Part shown: positions 47,095 to 59,000 of the stretch, one piece after another
How the letters are laid out: each line of letters begins with the position of its first letter
How positions within the stretch are numbered: position 1 is the first letter of the stretch
Source of the DNA: a phage
Length of the DNA: 64,000 bases
Direction: 5' to 3' (one strand)
Sequence record: PZ496581.1
Program-made: the position numbers and the translations under genes
Notes under the pieces: model-generated
Database searches by the model: none
Told to the model about the DNA's origin: nothing
The model's input: only the letters and a program-made list of their open reading frames with translations

Positions 47095-47382
47095 TTACAG
47101 AAGAGTTTTTGCAATAATTTTAAGCTGAGCTACAGAAATATGCTTAGCTTTAAACAGTGCAGTCTCTTCAGCCGGAGAGATAACAATAGTAGCGCCATCT
47201 TTCTTGGCAGACCATCCATCCCCTAAGTAAACAGTACCTTTTACTTCTTCGCCGTCAACCAGACTAATCATTGGTTTACCCTCACGTCCTTTATTTGCTT
47301 TAATAACTTCGGAAGTAAGGGTTGCTTCGGTCAGAGTAGAAACGTTAGCAACAGGTGATATAAATTCTTGATAGGTTTTCAT
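47095..47382 (-). CDS. internal protein I-like (CTS MKTYQEFISP), 95 aa
   Basis: ATG start; CTS-like N-terminus; T4 ipI position next to 57B. Confidence 0.6.
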   Translation of the reverse strand: MKTYQEFISPVANVSTLTEATLTSEVIKANKGREGKPMISLVDGEEVKGTVYLGDGWSAKKDGATIVISPAEETALFKAKHISVAQLKIIAKTLL

Positions 47383-47416
47383 TTTATTTCCTTGAGGTTG
47401 TTTATTTGATAGGATG

Positions 47417-47446
47417 ATAGTAACACACCATCATCCTTATGTAAAC
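47417..47446 (-). promoter_or_regulatory. early-type promoter with AGGATGAT/ATCATCCT inverted repeat
   Basis: Minus strand GTTTACataaggatgatggtgTGTTACTATcatcct. Confidence 0.5.
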
Positions 47447-47459
47447 TGGTTTGTGAAAA

Positions 47460-48145
<686 letters not shown>

Positions 48146-48149
48146 TTTA

Positions 48150-48884
48150 TTACCTTAAGATTGTTTCAATTTTAGAATAAAGCTCTTCTAAAGAGCCGTC
48201 GTTTGTAATAACTAAATCGCCTTCTTCAATAGGCAACCCAGCTTCTGTAATATGTTTATCAGTGGATTCCGTACCAGAGCGAACCACATGAATAACTGTA
48301 GCACCCATCGCTCTAGCGGTTTCCATTTCATGGACTTGGCGTGTATCGGTTACAACATAGTAATCGAAATCACTTCCAATATAATCCATATAATTTAATG
48401 CAAAAAGTTTAACCCAATACATACGGTCAAATAAATTAACGACAACATCCGTACCGAGGGCTTGCATAAGACGGCGGATTGACCATGTGTCGTTGATATT
48501 ATTTATAGCTTCACGCAGGGCTTCATACGGTTTAATATCTAGATATGAATACCCACCTTCTAATGATGATAATACTTTAACATTATTAATTGGTAAATAT
48601 TGACTTTGTAAATAAATTAGCGCTTCTTCCATTAATTCAATAACATCCAACTTATTGATATTTAATGGTGTTTCACGGTCGTATCCAACACCTTCAAAGT
48701 ATTCATATTTCAACTCTGTGAATACATCAGGATCTTCAGCATGTTTACGACCCCAGGCTATTGCTAGAGCGTCTTTAATCGGATATGCCAATTGGTATTT
48801 TACGGATTTAAAGTTTGAATTGATGTAATCAGCAGTAGTGTCTTTACCACTACGTTTGATGCCACTTAAAAAGATTAGCTCCAT
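48150..48884 (-). CDS. 1: deoxynucleoside monophosphate kinase gp1
   Basis: MELIFLSGIKRSGKDTTAD...MQALGTD...VIHVVR matches T4 gp1 as recalled. Confidence 0.92.
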   Translation of the reverse strand: MELIFLSGIKRSGKDTTADYINSNFKSVKYQLAYPIKDALAIAWGRKHAEDPDVFTELKYEYFEGVGYDRETPLNINKLDVIELMEEALIYLQSQYLPINNVKVLSSLEGGYSYLDIKPYEALREAINNINDTWSIRRLMQALGTDVVVNLFDRMYWVKLFALNYMDYIGSDFDYYVVTDTRQVHEMETARAMGATVIHVVRSGTESTDKHITEAGLPIEEGDLVITNDGSLEELYSKIETILR

Positions 48885-48937
48885 AGGTTTTCCTCATATA
48901 ATTTATGAGTGATTATAACATACGGAGCTAGAAGCGA

Positions 48938-49522
48938 TTAACGCAAGGAAGGGTGTCTAGAAATGGATTTAGATTCGACCGCTTGACGCGGTTGTTGAGA
49001 TACAATGACTTCACCATCCTTTTCTATCGTCATATACGCATAGTGAATAGTTGCTACGCACGTAACGGCAGGGTCAGAATCTTCAGTGTAACTAAATTCA
49101 ATTTCGCTCAGATCGGAAATCCATGGTTTATAGAAATTTGCCGTCAAAACTACTTCAGTCTTATTGTTGTTTAAAATGTGCAAAGTAACAAACTCAGGAC
49201 CATCGGAGTGGGCCGTATTATGTCCGGTTATATAGTTATTAGTGCTGAGCATCCATTTATACATGTTCATCCAGGACGTCATGTCTTCATCAACTATAAA
49301 TCGTACAACAAAAGGGTCATATTCAAATGTGGTGCCTGCACGCATTGCACGTCCTAACCCCATTGTGCCTGTCACAGTTTCAACAACAGGAATTCTCACA
49401 CCTGGCAATGGAGCCGTTTGGGCATTGAGCACAAAACCTGAAGTTCGTGTACTATCCGGGATATCCACAACAAAGTTTGTTATATTTGTTTGGTTAAAAA
49501 TCTGTCTCGTTGGACGAGTCAT
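48938..49522 (-). CDS. 3: tail completion / sheath stabiliser gp3
   Basis: Position between genes 1 and 2; start trimmed to ATG 49522 with GAGG SD. Confidence 0.7.
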   Translation of the reverse strand: MTRPTRQIFNQTNITNFVVDIPDSTRTSGFVLNAQTAPLPGVRIPVVETVTGTMGLGRAMRAGTTFEYDPFVVRFIVDEDMTSWMNMYKWMLSTNNYITGHNTAHSDGPEFVTLHILNNNKTEVVLTANFYKPWISDLSEIEFSYTEDSDPAVTCVATIHYAYMTIEKDGEVIVSQQPRQAVESKSISRHPSLR

Positions 49523-49624
49523 AAGCACCTCAAAAACGCTTTAATAAAAATGCAGTATAATGGTTTTAGGTCTCTTCCATTAATCTGGTTCAACAGAATA
49601 TCAGAAGAACGGAAGAGAATAGAA

Positions 49625-50446
49625 TTAAGATTTCCAAACAGTATTCGCAGAGAAACGTTTTCCTTTTGACATAAACTGCTGAGTAGGTAACATGATTATG
49701 TTAGCCCAGTCTTTAGGAGCTATTTCTGTTATTGTTCCTCTAATGTGGCCTGGCAGGTATGCTTTAATCATTTTGTCCGCACCTTGAAATCCTTTCACCT
49801 TGCTCCAGTCTATCTTCAACTTTGTGTTATTAGTAATAGTAGTTGTGCTAGCATATTGCTTCAGCAATTCTTCAAGAAACTGTTGACGTGCTTTAGGTGG
49901 GATATAGTGCAAGTTTAACCCGTACATCAAATTATGTTTACCTAATCCTAAATAAATAATCAAAGGATATCGGTCCCAATACGGCAGAGTATCTTTATGT
50001 TTAGCATCATACACGTAAGTATAAATTTTGCCTGGCGTAGGCTTGACTACTTTATGACCTTTTACACTTTTCTTAATTGTTTCAACAAACCACTTAGATG
50101 ATTTGTTGTTTACTGCTGCGCCTTCATTTCTAATCTTTTCTCGTATTGAACTGCGAAACGAGTTTATCATCAGAAGTTGACGTTCTTGCTTATTGAGTTT
50201 ATTTTTAGGTTTAGATTCAAGCATTTCAATTTTCTGTGCAGTCTTAATAGATGATGCATATCTAGACATTGCAGATGTAAACGACGAGTATTTTATTCCT
50301 TTTGATTCTGCAAATGCTTTTGCAGTGATTCCTTTCTCTTTAGCTTTCTTGTATTCTAATCCTATCTCAATCCATTTTCTTTCATTCATAGACTGAGCAA
50401 TCTTAGGGGCTTGTACGCCTTCAGATATAATTTGGAATATGCTCAT
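49625..50446 (-). CDS. 2: DNA end protector gp2
   Basis: 273 aa basic protein; position between 3 and 4. Confidence 0.8.
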   Translation of the reverse strand: MSIFQIISEGVQAPKIAQSMNERKWIEIGLEYKKAKEKGITAKAFAESKGIKYSSFTSAMSRYASSIKTAQKIEMLESKPKNKLNKQERQLLMINSFRSSIREKIRNEGAAVNNKSSKWFVETIKKSVKGHKVVKPTPGKIYTYVYDAKHKDTLPYWDRYPLIIYLGLGKHNLMYGLNLHYIPPKARQQFLEELLKQYASTTTITNNTKLKIDWSKVKGFQGADKMIKAYLPGHIRGTITEIAPKDWANIIMLPTQQFMSKGKRFSANTVWKS

Positions 50447-50448
50447 AA

Positions 50449-50898
50449 TTACCCCTTGTATCCGAGTTTTCTAAGACCATCTTCGGTTAGAACTCGAAAT
50501 TTTATATTTCTCTTTTCAGCAACAGCTGAGGCAGCTTTCCATTTGTCACAGTTCACAGACCACGTGTAGATTTCATTCATATAACGTTTCTTAGCCGCAG
50601 TTGTAAGATTCACCGGTTTAATAGGTGGCTGAGTTTCTTTTTTTGGTTTTATTTCTACAAAGAACTCTTGACCTGATGCATCTTTCATCCATATGTCCAT
50701 ATAGTATCGACGTTTCTTACCTTCAGCATTACAAAAATATGGAATTACTGCCGTTTCACTACCCCATGCAATAATTTCTGGATTTTTATCCAACCATTCG
50801 AAAAAGAATTTTTCCCAGTTTGAACGATACGTTATTTTGGTATGGTCTCCACGGTATTTTTTTAAATTTTTTGGGACCCATTTACCAGAGTAGGCCAT
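50449..50898 (-). CDS. 4: head completion protein gp4, 150 aa
   Basis: Start trimmed to [14 protein letters not shown]; size matches T4 gp4. Confidence 0.8.
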   Translation of the reverse strand: MAYSGKWVPKNLKKYRGDHTKITYRSNWEKFFFEWLDKNPEIIAWGSETAVIPYFCNAEGKKRRYYMDIWMKDASGQEFFVEIKPKKETQPPIKPVNLTTAAKKRYMNEIYTWSVNCDKWKAASAVAEKRNIKFRVLTEDGLRKLGYKG

Positions 50899-50909
50899 GT
50901 TGTCCTCCT

Positions 50910-50932
50910 TATAAATAGTATTATTATTTATA
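50910..50932. promoter_or_regulatory. divergent late promoters (plus TATAAATA 50910-50917 for gene 53; minus TATAAATA 50925-50932 for gene 4)
   Basis: Two TATAAATA elements back to back in the 61-bp gap between divergent late genes. Confidence 0.65.
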
Positions 50933-50959
50933 CCAATTTCATATTGGAAGGAGACTATC

Positions 50960-51535
50960 TTGTTATTTACATTCTTCGACCCGATAGGATATAGTGCTAA
51001 AACAGTTAATAAGAACGCACCTACTATTCCTATGACGGACATATTTCGTAATTATAAAGAGTACTTTAAGCGTGTGGCTGCCAATTATAGATTACGTTCT
51101 TATTACATTAAAGGCTCTCCACGTCCTGAAGAACTAGCAAACATAATTTATGGCAACCCTCAATTATACTGGGTCCTTTTGATGTGTAATGACAACTATG
51201 ATCCGTATTATGGTTGGATTACATCTCAGGAAGCAGCGTATCAAGCTTCTATTCAGAAATATGCAAATGCCGGCGGAGACCAAATTCTTTATCATATTAA
51301 CGAGAACCGTGAGAAATTTTACAATTTGGTTTCATATCCAGACGAGCCTTTAGTGTGGTACGATAAAGGTGATGAAGCTCGTAAGTATCCACAATATAAA
51401 GGACCTTTAGCTGCAGTAGATACTTATGAAGCGGCAGTATTAGATAATGAAAAACTTCGTAAAATAAAAATTGTTGCAAAAGAAGATATAAACTCGTTTA
51501 TTACTGATTTGATTCGTGAGATGGAGATTGCATAA
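50960..51535 (+). CDS. 53: baseplate wedge protein gp53
   Basis: MLFTFFDPIGYSAKTVNKNAPTIP as recalled for T4 gp53; apparent TTG start with GGAG SD. Confidence 0.85.
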   Translation: MLFTFFDPIGYSAKTVNKNAPTIPMTDIFRNYKEYFKRVAANYRLRSYYIKGSPRPEELANIIYGNPQLYWVLLMCNDNYDPYYGWITSQEAAYQASIQKYANAGGDQILYHINENREKFYNLVSYPDEPLVWYDKGDEARKYPQYKGPLAAVDTYEAAVLDNEKLRKIKIVAKEDINSFITDLIREMEIA

Positions 51536-53268
51536 TGGAAATGATTAGCAGTAGCCTTAATTGGTTCGTGGGTGTTGTCGAGGACAGAATGGACCCATTA
51601 AAACAAGGGCGAGTTCGAGTTCGAGTCGTTGGTCTTCATCCAGCGCAGAGAGCACAAGGTGACGTACAAGGTATTCCTACAGAAAAACTTCCATGGATGA
51701 CTGTTATTCAACCTATTACGTCTGCATCAATGTCAGGTATTGGCGGTTCTGTTACAGGTCCTGTTGAAGGAACTCGAGTATATGGTCATTTCTTAGACAA
51801 ATGGAAAACAAACGGGATTGTACTTGGTACATACGGCGGAATAGTACGTGAAAAGCCTAATAGACTTGAAGGTTTTTCAGACCCGACAGGCCAGTATCCG
51901 CGACGTTTAGGTAATGATACGAACGTATTAAACCAAGGTGGTGAAGCTGGTTATTATTCGAACTCTAACGTAATTCAAGATAACAACTTGGATTATGGTA
52001 TAAACCCAGATGATACAGATTTAGCAAATATTCCAGAAGATGATGACCCTAATTTTACAATAACAGAAATGTTACGTCGTGACGAAGGTCTTCGTGATAA
52101 AGTGTATTGGGACCATCTCGGATATCCTACAGTAGGTATTGGACACCTTATCGTAATGGAAAAAACCCGAGATATGTCTCGAATTAATAAATTGTTATCT
52201 GATCAAGTAGGGCGTGAAGTAACAGGAAATCCGGGAACTATTACATTAGAAGAAGCAACAGCGTTATTTGAGAAGGACCTTGCTAAGATGCAGAAAGACA
52301 TTCGTTCTAATTCTAAAGTAGGTCCTGTTTATGCTAAAATGAACAGGTCTCGCCAAATGGCATTAGAAAACATGTGCTTCCAGATGGGCGTTGGCGGTGT
52401 AGCAAAATTCAATACTATGCTTAAAGCAATGGCCGAAGGTGATTGGAAAACTGCATACAAATCTGGGCGCGATTCATTATGGTTTCAACAGACTAAAGGA
52501 CGCGCTTCACGTGTAACAACAATTATTTTAACCGGTAACATGGAATCATATGGTGTTCCTGTTAAAACACCACCTTCACCAGGAGTTGGTGCTGATTTAG
52601 TTACTAGAAATACCGATCCAGAAGACCCAGCTGGTCCTCCTGTTCCATTAGATTCACGCATCCTTTTTAAAGAACCAGAATCAAGTTATCGTGGTGAGTA
52701 CCCATATGTTCATGCTATGGAAACAGAAAGTGGACATATCCAAGAATTTGACGATACTCCAGGTAATGAACGTTATCGCTTAGTTCATCCAACAGGGTCA
52801 TATGAGGAAGTTTCTCCGTCTGGGCGTCGTACTCGTAAAACTGTAGAAGACCTTTTTGACATCACTAATGGTGATGGGAACTTCTTGATTTCTGGCGATA
52901 AACTTGTTAACGTTGGTGCTAATGAAATATATTATAACATGGCAGACCGCCTCCATCAAATAGACGGCAATGACACAATCTTTATTCGTGGTAACCAATC
53001 TAAAACTGTTGAAGGCGATGGAACTCTATACGTTAAGGGTAATATCAAAATAGTTGTTGACGGAAATGCAGATATTCTTGTTAAAGGTGATGCCAAAACT
53101 CAGGTCGAAGGGAATCATGATTACACCGTCAACGGAAACGTTAAATGGACTGTTAATGGTAATGTTGATATGACTGTTGCCGGTGATTGGGCAGAAACAA
53201 TGTCTACAATGAGCTCAGTAGCTTCAGGACAATACACCGTTGACGGATCTCGTATTGATATTGGGTAA
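51535..53268 (+). CDS. 5: baseplate hub + tail lysozyme gp5
   Basis: 577 aa; lysozyme domain ITEMLRRDEGLRDKVYWDHLGYPTVGIGHL; C-terminal VxGxxxx beta-helix repeats. Confidence 0.93.
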   Translation: MEMISSSLNWFVGVVEDRMDPLKQGRVRVRVVGLHPAQRAQGDVQGIPTEKLPWMTVIQPITSASMSGIGGSVTGPVEGTRVYGHFLDKWKTNGIVLGTYGGIVREKPNRLEGFSDPTGQYPRRLGNDTNVLNQGGEAGYYSNSNVIQDNNLDYGINPDDTDLANIPEDDDPNFTITEMLRRDEGLRDKVYWDHLGYPTVGIGHLIVMEKTRDMSRINKLLSDQVGREVTGNPGTITLEEATALFEKDLAKMQKDIRSNSKVGPVYAKMNRSRQMALENMCFQMGVGGVAKFNTMLKAMAEGDWKTAYKSGRDSLWFQQTKGRASRVTTIILTGNMESYGVPVKTPPSPGVGADLVTRNTDPEDPAGPPVPLDSRILFKEPESSYRGEYPYVHAMETESGHIQEFDDTPGNERYRLVHPTGSYEEVSPSGRRTRKTVEDLFDITNGDGNFLISGDKLVNVGANEIYYNMADRLHQIDGNDTIFIRGNQSKTVEGDGTLYVKGNIKIVVDGNADILVKGDAKTQVEGNHDYTVNGNVKWTVNGNVDMTVAGDWAETMSTMSSVASGQYTVDGSRIDIG

Positions 53269-53272
53269 TATA

Positions 53273-53788
53273 ATGGCACAAATACTTCCTTTAAATACCG
53301 ACTTAGGAGAAGACATGGAAGGGGCGTCTATTGACGTCCTTTTTACTCCACAGTTAGAAACAACCGAAACTTTAGTGTCAATAAATATAACAGATTATGA
53401 ACCGACACAAGGCATTACGGTAGATGGTAATCGTTTATATGGAACATATGAAAGTGTGTTTAGCTTTTCTTCGGACGCATTGAAATACCGATTAAATGAT
53501 GATTTTGAAACCGCATCTTCATGGGATGATTTACCAAAAGATGAGTCCACACAGTTATATTTGTGGAGAGCTCCTCAGAATCTTCGTAAAGTGTTTAGTT
53601 ATACGGTTGAAATGATTTATAACTACCAAGAAGAAAGTTCATCAGGCGGTTCTAGAAGTGACTCTGGTACAGAACCTCCACCGGCTCCAGTACAAAAAAC
53701 TCTTACTAAGGTTTATACAAAAACTATAGTAGGAAATTGGAGCAAATGGGCTCATCAATTACGAAACTATGTTTATGTGAGGCCGTGA
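53273..53788 (+). CDS. gp5.1-like protein
   Basis: ATG 53273 right after gp5 stop. Confidence 0.6.
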   Translation: MAQILPLNTDLGEDMEGASIDVLFTPQLETTETLVSINITDYEPTQGITVDGNRLYGTYESVFSFSSDALKYRLNDDFETASSWDDLPKDESTQLYLWRAPQNLRKVFSYTVEMIYNYQEESSSGGSRSDSGTEPPPAPVQKTLTKVYTKTIVGNWSKWAHQLRNYVYVRP

Positions 53789-53790
53789 AA

Positions 53791-54084
53791 ATGTCTGGCT
53801 TAAGTTACGACAAGTGCGTTACAACAGGTCATGAAGCATGGCCTCCTACTGTAATAAATGCTTCCCAATCTAAAGTGTTCACTGGCGGTATTCCTGTTCT
53901 TGTGGCGGGAGACCAAATAACACCTCATACAGAAATTAAAAAACCATACGAGACTCATGGAGGTGTTACTGAACCTCGTACATCTAAAGTATACGTCACC
54001 GGTAAAAAGGCCGTTCAAATGGCTGACCCAATTTCATGCGGGGATACTGTTTCTCAGGCCTCGTCAAAAGTCTTTATAAAATAG
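53791..54084 (+). CDS. 5.4: gp5.4 PAAR-like spike tip protein, 97 aa
   Basis: Start trimmed to MSGLSYDKC; size matches T4 gp5.4. Confidence 0.7.
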   Translation: MSGLSYDKCVTTGHEAWPPTVINASQSKVFTGGIPVLVAGDQITPHTEIKKPYETHGGVTEPRTSKVYVTGKKAVQMADPISCGDTVSQASSKVFIK

Positions 54085-54092
54085 GAATTAAA

Positions 54093-56066
54093 ATGGCAAA
54101 CACTCCTGTAAATTATCAATTAACCCGAACAGCGAATGCTATTCCCGAGATTTTTATCGGGGGCACATTTGCCGAAATCAAACAAAACATTATCGAATGG
54201 CTCAATGGACAGAATGAATTTCTTGATTATGATTTTGAAGGTTCACGCTTAAACGTATTATGCGACCTTTTAGCATATAACACTCTTTACATCCAACAGT
54301 TTAGTAATAGCGCTGTGTATGAAAGTTTTATGCGTACTGCAAACTTGCGTAGTTCTGTTGTACAAGCGGCTCAAGATAACGGATATCTGCCTTCATCTAA
54401 ATCAGCAGCACAAACAGAAATTATGCTCACATGTACGGATGCATTAAATAGAAACTATATCACCATTCCACGTGGCACTCGTTTCTTAGCATACGCTAAA
54501 GATACTTCTGTTAACCCGTATAACTTTGTTTCTACTGAAGATGTCATTGTAGTTAAAGACAAAAATAACCAATATTTTCCACGTCTTCGATTAGCTCAAG
54601 GACGTATTGTTCGCACTGAATTAACATTTGATAAATTAAAACCTATCATTATTCGTGATAAGAATATTGACCGTAATTTGGTTAAGTTGTATGTTGACGG
54701 AGCAGAATGGATTAACTGGACTCGTAAGTCGATGGTTCACGCTGGTTCTACGTCAACAATCTATTATATGCGTGAAACAGTTGACGGGAACACCGAATTT
54801 TATTTTGGTGAAGGCGAAATCTCTATTAACACGTCAGAAGGTGCGTTAACGTCTAACTATATTGGTGGCCTTAAACCTGTTCAGGGTTCTAAAATCGTAA
54901 TTGAGTATATTTCTACTAATGGCGCAGATGCTAACGGTGCTGTAGGATTTTCTTATGCTGATACATTAGCTAATATCACTGTAATCGGTATTAACGAGAA
55001 CCCTAGCAATAACCCAGACTTTGTTGGGGCCGATGGTGGTGGTGACCCTGAAGATATTGAACGTATCCGCGAATTAGGCACAATTAAACGCGAAACTCAA
55101 CAACGTTGTGTAACCGCTTCCGACTATGACACATTCGTCTCTGAGCGGTTTGGTTCTATTATTCAAGCGGTTCAAACATTCACAGATTCATCTAAACCAG
55201 GGTACGCATATATTGCTGCTAAGCCTAAATCTGGATTGTATTTGACTTCTGTTCAACGTGATGATATCAAAAACTATTTGAATGATTATAACTTAGGGAC
55301 TATTACACCTGTTGTTATTTCACCTGATTATTTGTTTATCAAAATGAATATCAAAGTTACGTACGCGTTGAATAAACTCCAAGAATCAGAACAATATCTT
55401 GAAGGGCAAATTATTAATAAAATTGACCGATATTATATTGAAGATGTAGAAATTTTTAACTCATCGTTTGCAAAATCTAAAATGCTAACTTATGTCGATG
55501 ATGCAGATATTTCTATTATTGGTTCTTCAGCTACTATTCAAATGGTTCGCGAAGTACAAAACTTCTATAAAACGCCTGAGGCCGGTATTAAATACAATAA
55601 TCAGATTAAAGATAGATCGTTGGAATCTAATATATTCTCGTTTGATTCGCACAGACCTAATCCAGAAAATGCAAACGAAACTATTAAATATGGTGTTCGC
55701 ATAGTATCTTCTGACCGTAATGACCGTGGCATAGGTCAAGTTATTATTGGTCCATTTGCCGACGGCGATGTTGTTGAAAACGAAAATATACAACCTTATA
55801 CAGGTAATGATTTTAATAAACTTACTGTTACTGACGGACGAAACAAATACTATTCAATTGGTGAAGTGAATTATCCTGCCGATTCGATTTATTGGAACAT
55901 TGCTAAAATTGACCTCACTTCAGACCGTTTTGAAGTTCAAACAATTGAACTTTATTCCGACCCTGCAGATGATATTATTTTTACAAAGGATGGTTCTTTA
56001 ATCGTATTCGAAAACGACTTACGTCCTCAGTACTTAACTATAGATTTGGAGCCTATTTCACAATGA
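54093..56066 (+). CDS. 6: baseplate wedge protein gp6
   Basis: Start trimmed to ATG 54093 (MANTPVNYQL) with AGGAA SD; about 657 aa. Confidence 0.9.
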   Translation: MANTPVNYQLTRTANAIPEIFIGGTFAEIKQNIIEWLNGQNEFLDYDFEGSRLNVLCDLLAYNTLYIQQFSNSAVYESFMRTANLRSSVVQAAQDNGYLPSSKSAAQTEIMLTCTDALNRNYITIPRGTRFLAYAKDTSVNPYNFVSTEDVIVVKDKNNQYFPRLRLAQGRIVRTELTFDKLKPIIIRDKNIDRNLVKLYVDGAEWINWTRKSMVHAGSTSTIYYMRETVDGNTEFYFGEGEISINTSEGALTSNYIGGLKPVQGSKIVIEYISTNGADANGAVGFSYADTLANITVIGINENPSNNPDFVGADGGGDPEDIERIRELGTIKRETQQRCVTASDYDTFVSERFGSIIQAVQTFTDSSKPGYAYIAAKPKSGLYLTSVQRDDIKNYLNDYNLGTITPVVISPDYLFIKMNIKVTYALNKLQESEQYLEGQIINKIDRYYIEDVEIFNSSFAKSKMLTYVDDADISIIGSSATIQMVREVQNFYKTPEAGIKYNNQIKDRSLESNIFSFDSHRPNPENANETIKYGVRIVSSDRNDRGIGQVIIGPFADGDVVENENIQPYTGNDFNKLTVTDGRNKYYSIGEVNYPADSIYWNIAKIDLTSDRFEVQTIELYSDPADDIIFTKDGSLIVFENDLRPQYLTIDLEPISQ

Positions 56067-59000
56067 CAGTAAAAGCGCCAGCAGTCACAAGTCTCAGAAT
56101 ATCCAAGTTGTCCGCTAACCAAGTTCAAATACGCTGGGATGACGTTGGTGCTAATTTCTACTATTTTGTAGAAATCGCTGAGACTAAAACGGCAGACGGG
56201 GGAATAATTCCCCCTGCCAGCTACAGATGGATAAATTTAGGATATACTCCTAATAGCAACTGGTTCGAAAGTAGCTTAGACCCATTAACTTCTTATATTA
56301 TTCGTGTATCAACTGCCGCCGAAGGCTTCGAGAGATCTGATTGGGTATATACCGAAATATTTGAATCATTTCAGACTAACGCGTATACATTTCAACATAT
56401 GATTGAAATGCAATTGGCTAACACTTTTATTAGAGAAAAATTTACAAATAACAACATGGCTTATGTCGATTTTAATAACGACACTATAATGGCAGCTCTA
56501 ATGAATGAATCGTTCCAATTTAGCCCTGCTTATGCAGATATTTCATCTATTAAAAATTTCATTATTGGCGAAAATGAGTATCATGAAATTCAAGGTTCGA
56601 TTCAACAGGTGTGTCATGATATAAACCGTGTTTATTTGATGGAATCCGAAGGAATTCTTTATTTGTTTGAACGGTATCAGCCTGTGGTTAAAGTCTCTAA
56701 TGATAAGGGACAAACCTGGAAATTGGTTAAATTGTTTAATGACCGTGTAGGGTACCCTGTATCAAGAACAGTGTATTACCAGTCAGATTACACCACGTAT
56801 GTTCTTGGGTATGATAAATTATTTTACGGCCGTAAATCAACTGACGTTCGTTGGTCTGCTGATGATGTGAGATTTAGTTCTCAAGATATAACATTTGCTA
56901 AAGTTGGTGACCAGTTAAATTTAGGATTTGATGTAGAAATATTTGGTAACTATGCATCATTACCTGCTAACGTATCACGTATTGCAGAAGCTATCGTTTG
57001 CAATGACGATTATGTATACGTTGCTGCTCGAGATAAAGTTCGTTTTATTAAAACTAGTAATGCCCCTATTGATTCAGACCCGTTATCTCCGACATATTCC
57101 GAACGTTTGTTTGAACAAGAAACATTTAACATCACAGGTAACCCTAAGGCAGTTTGCTATAAAATGGATTCTGTCGGTGGTAAAATATTTGCACTGATTA
57201 TCGGTGAAGTTGTTAATCTTAATGACGACCCGAGGACCACTCCTATTGTTGATTCTGCTGATAAGGGTGTTTACGTTCTAGACCATGATGCTGGCACATT
57301 TAAACGTGTGTTTGGTAATACTGAAGAACGCCGTCGTATTGAACCTGGGTACACCAGTATGTCTACTGATGGTGTTGAGTTATCTATTTCATCCAGTAAT
57401 TTTAAATTTTTAGAATCGGATATTGTTGATGACCCAAAAACACAAATCAAGTACGGTTTAATCGGTGCTGTTAAATATGAGTATCCTCGCGAATGGTTGG
57501 CTGATAAACATTATCATATGATGGCATTTATTTCAACTGAAGACTCTCAATGGGAATCGTTCACTCCTCAACCGATGGAATACTATGCCGAGCCATTCTT
57601 TAGTTATTCTAGAAAGTCTGGTACCCGATGTTGGATTAATAACTCAGACAAGGCCGTTGTAATTTATTCTGATTTACTTTACACTAAGGTTATTGAGAAT
57701 CATCCACTTAGTTCTTCAAACCGTGAAGTTCATGAATATTGGAAGGATGGTGACTGTACAATAGTGATGCCTAACGTAGATTTCACCGGATTTAAAAAAT
57801 ATGCATCCGGCATGATTTTCTATAAATCATCGGGTGAGATTATTTCTTATTATGATTTTAGTTATCGTGTTAGAGATAATGTTTCTATAATTTGGAAGCC
57901 TACTAATATATTCTTAACAGCATCGTTACAAAACCAAGAAAAAGATACCACATGGACTCCTGTAGAAGAGAACGGTATTGCAGACCCAGATTTACGACCA
58001 TTGCTCACTACAATGATGCCAGAGTCTTATCTTTTAGACAATACAAACTTCGAAGCATTCTGCGAGGCTTATATTCAGTATCTTTCTGACGGTTATGGGA
58101 CTCATTATAACAACCTTTTAAATCTTATTAAAAATCAATATCCGCGCGAAGAACATGCGTGGGAATACTTATGGTCTGAGATTTATAAACGAAACATTTA
58201 CTTAAACGCCGAAAAACGCGATTTAGTGTCTCGTTTCTTTGAATCAAGAAGTTATGACTTCTATTCAACTAAAGGAACTGAAGCATCATATAAATTCTTG
58301 TTTAAAGTGCTCTATAACGAAGATGTTGAAATTGAAATTGAATCTAGTTCCGGGACCGAATATGATATCATCATTGAATCTGATTCGTTGACAGAAGATT
58401 TGGTCGGACAAACCATATACACTGCTACAGGACGTTGTAATGTGACGTATATCGAGAGAAGTTACTCTAAAGGTAAATTACAATGGACTGTAACAATTCA
58501 CAACCTCTTAGGACGTTTAATCCAAGGACAGGAAGTTAAAGCTGAAAGACTCCCTGGTTTTGAAGGTGAAATTGTTCGTGGTATTAAAGGTAAAGAGCTT
58601 TCTCAGAACAACATCGATTACATAAATCGTGGTAGAGCATACTACGTAATGAAGATTAAATCTAAACTTCCATCATCTCGTTGGAAATCAGACGTATTAC
58701 GTTTTGTTCATCCGGTTGGATTTGGATTTATCGCAATTACCCTTCTCACAATGTTTATTAACACCGGATTAACACTTAAACATGTTGAAACCATTATTAA
58801 TAAATACAAAAACTATAAGTGGGATTCTGGATTACCGACTAAATATGCAGACCGAGTGGCTAAATTAGACCCACAAGGAAATGTTGAGTTTAACCCTATT
58901 ACAGGTGAAGCGATATATGAAATAGGCCCTATGGCTGGACAAGATTATCCATTGCCTGAAGATTATAACGCTGAAAACAATAACTCCATATTTCAAGGTC

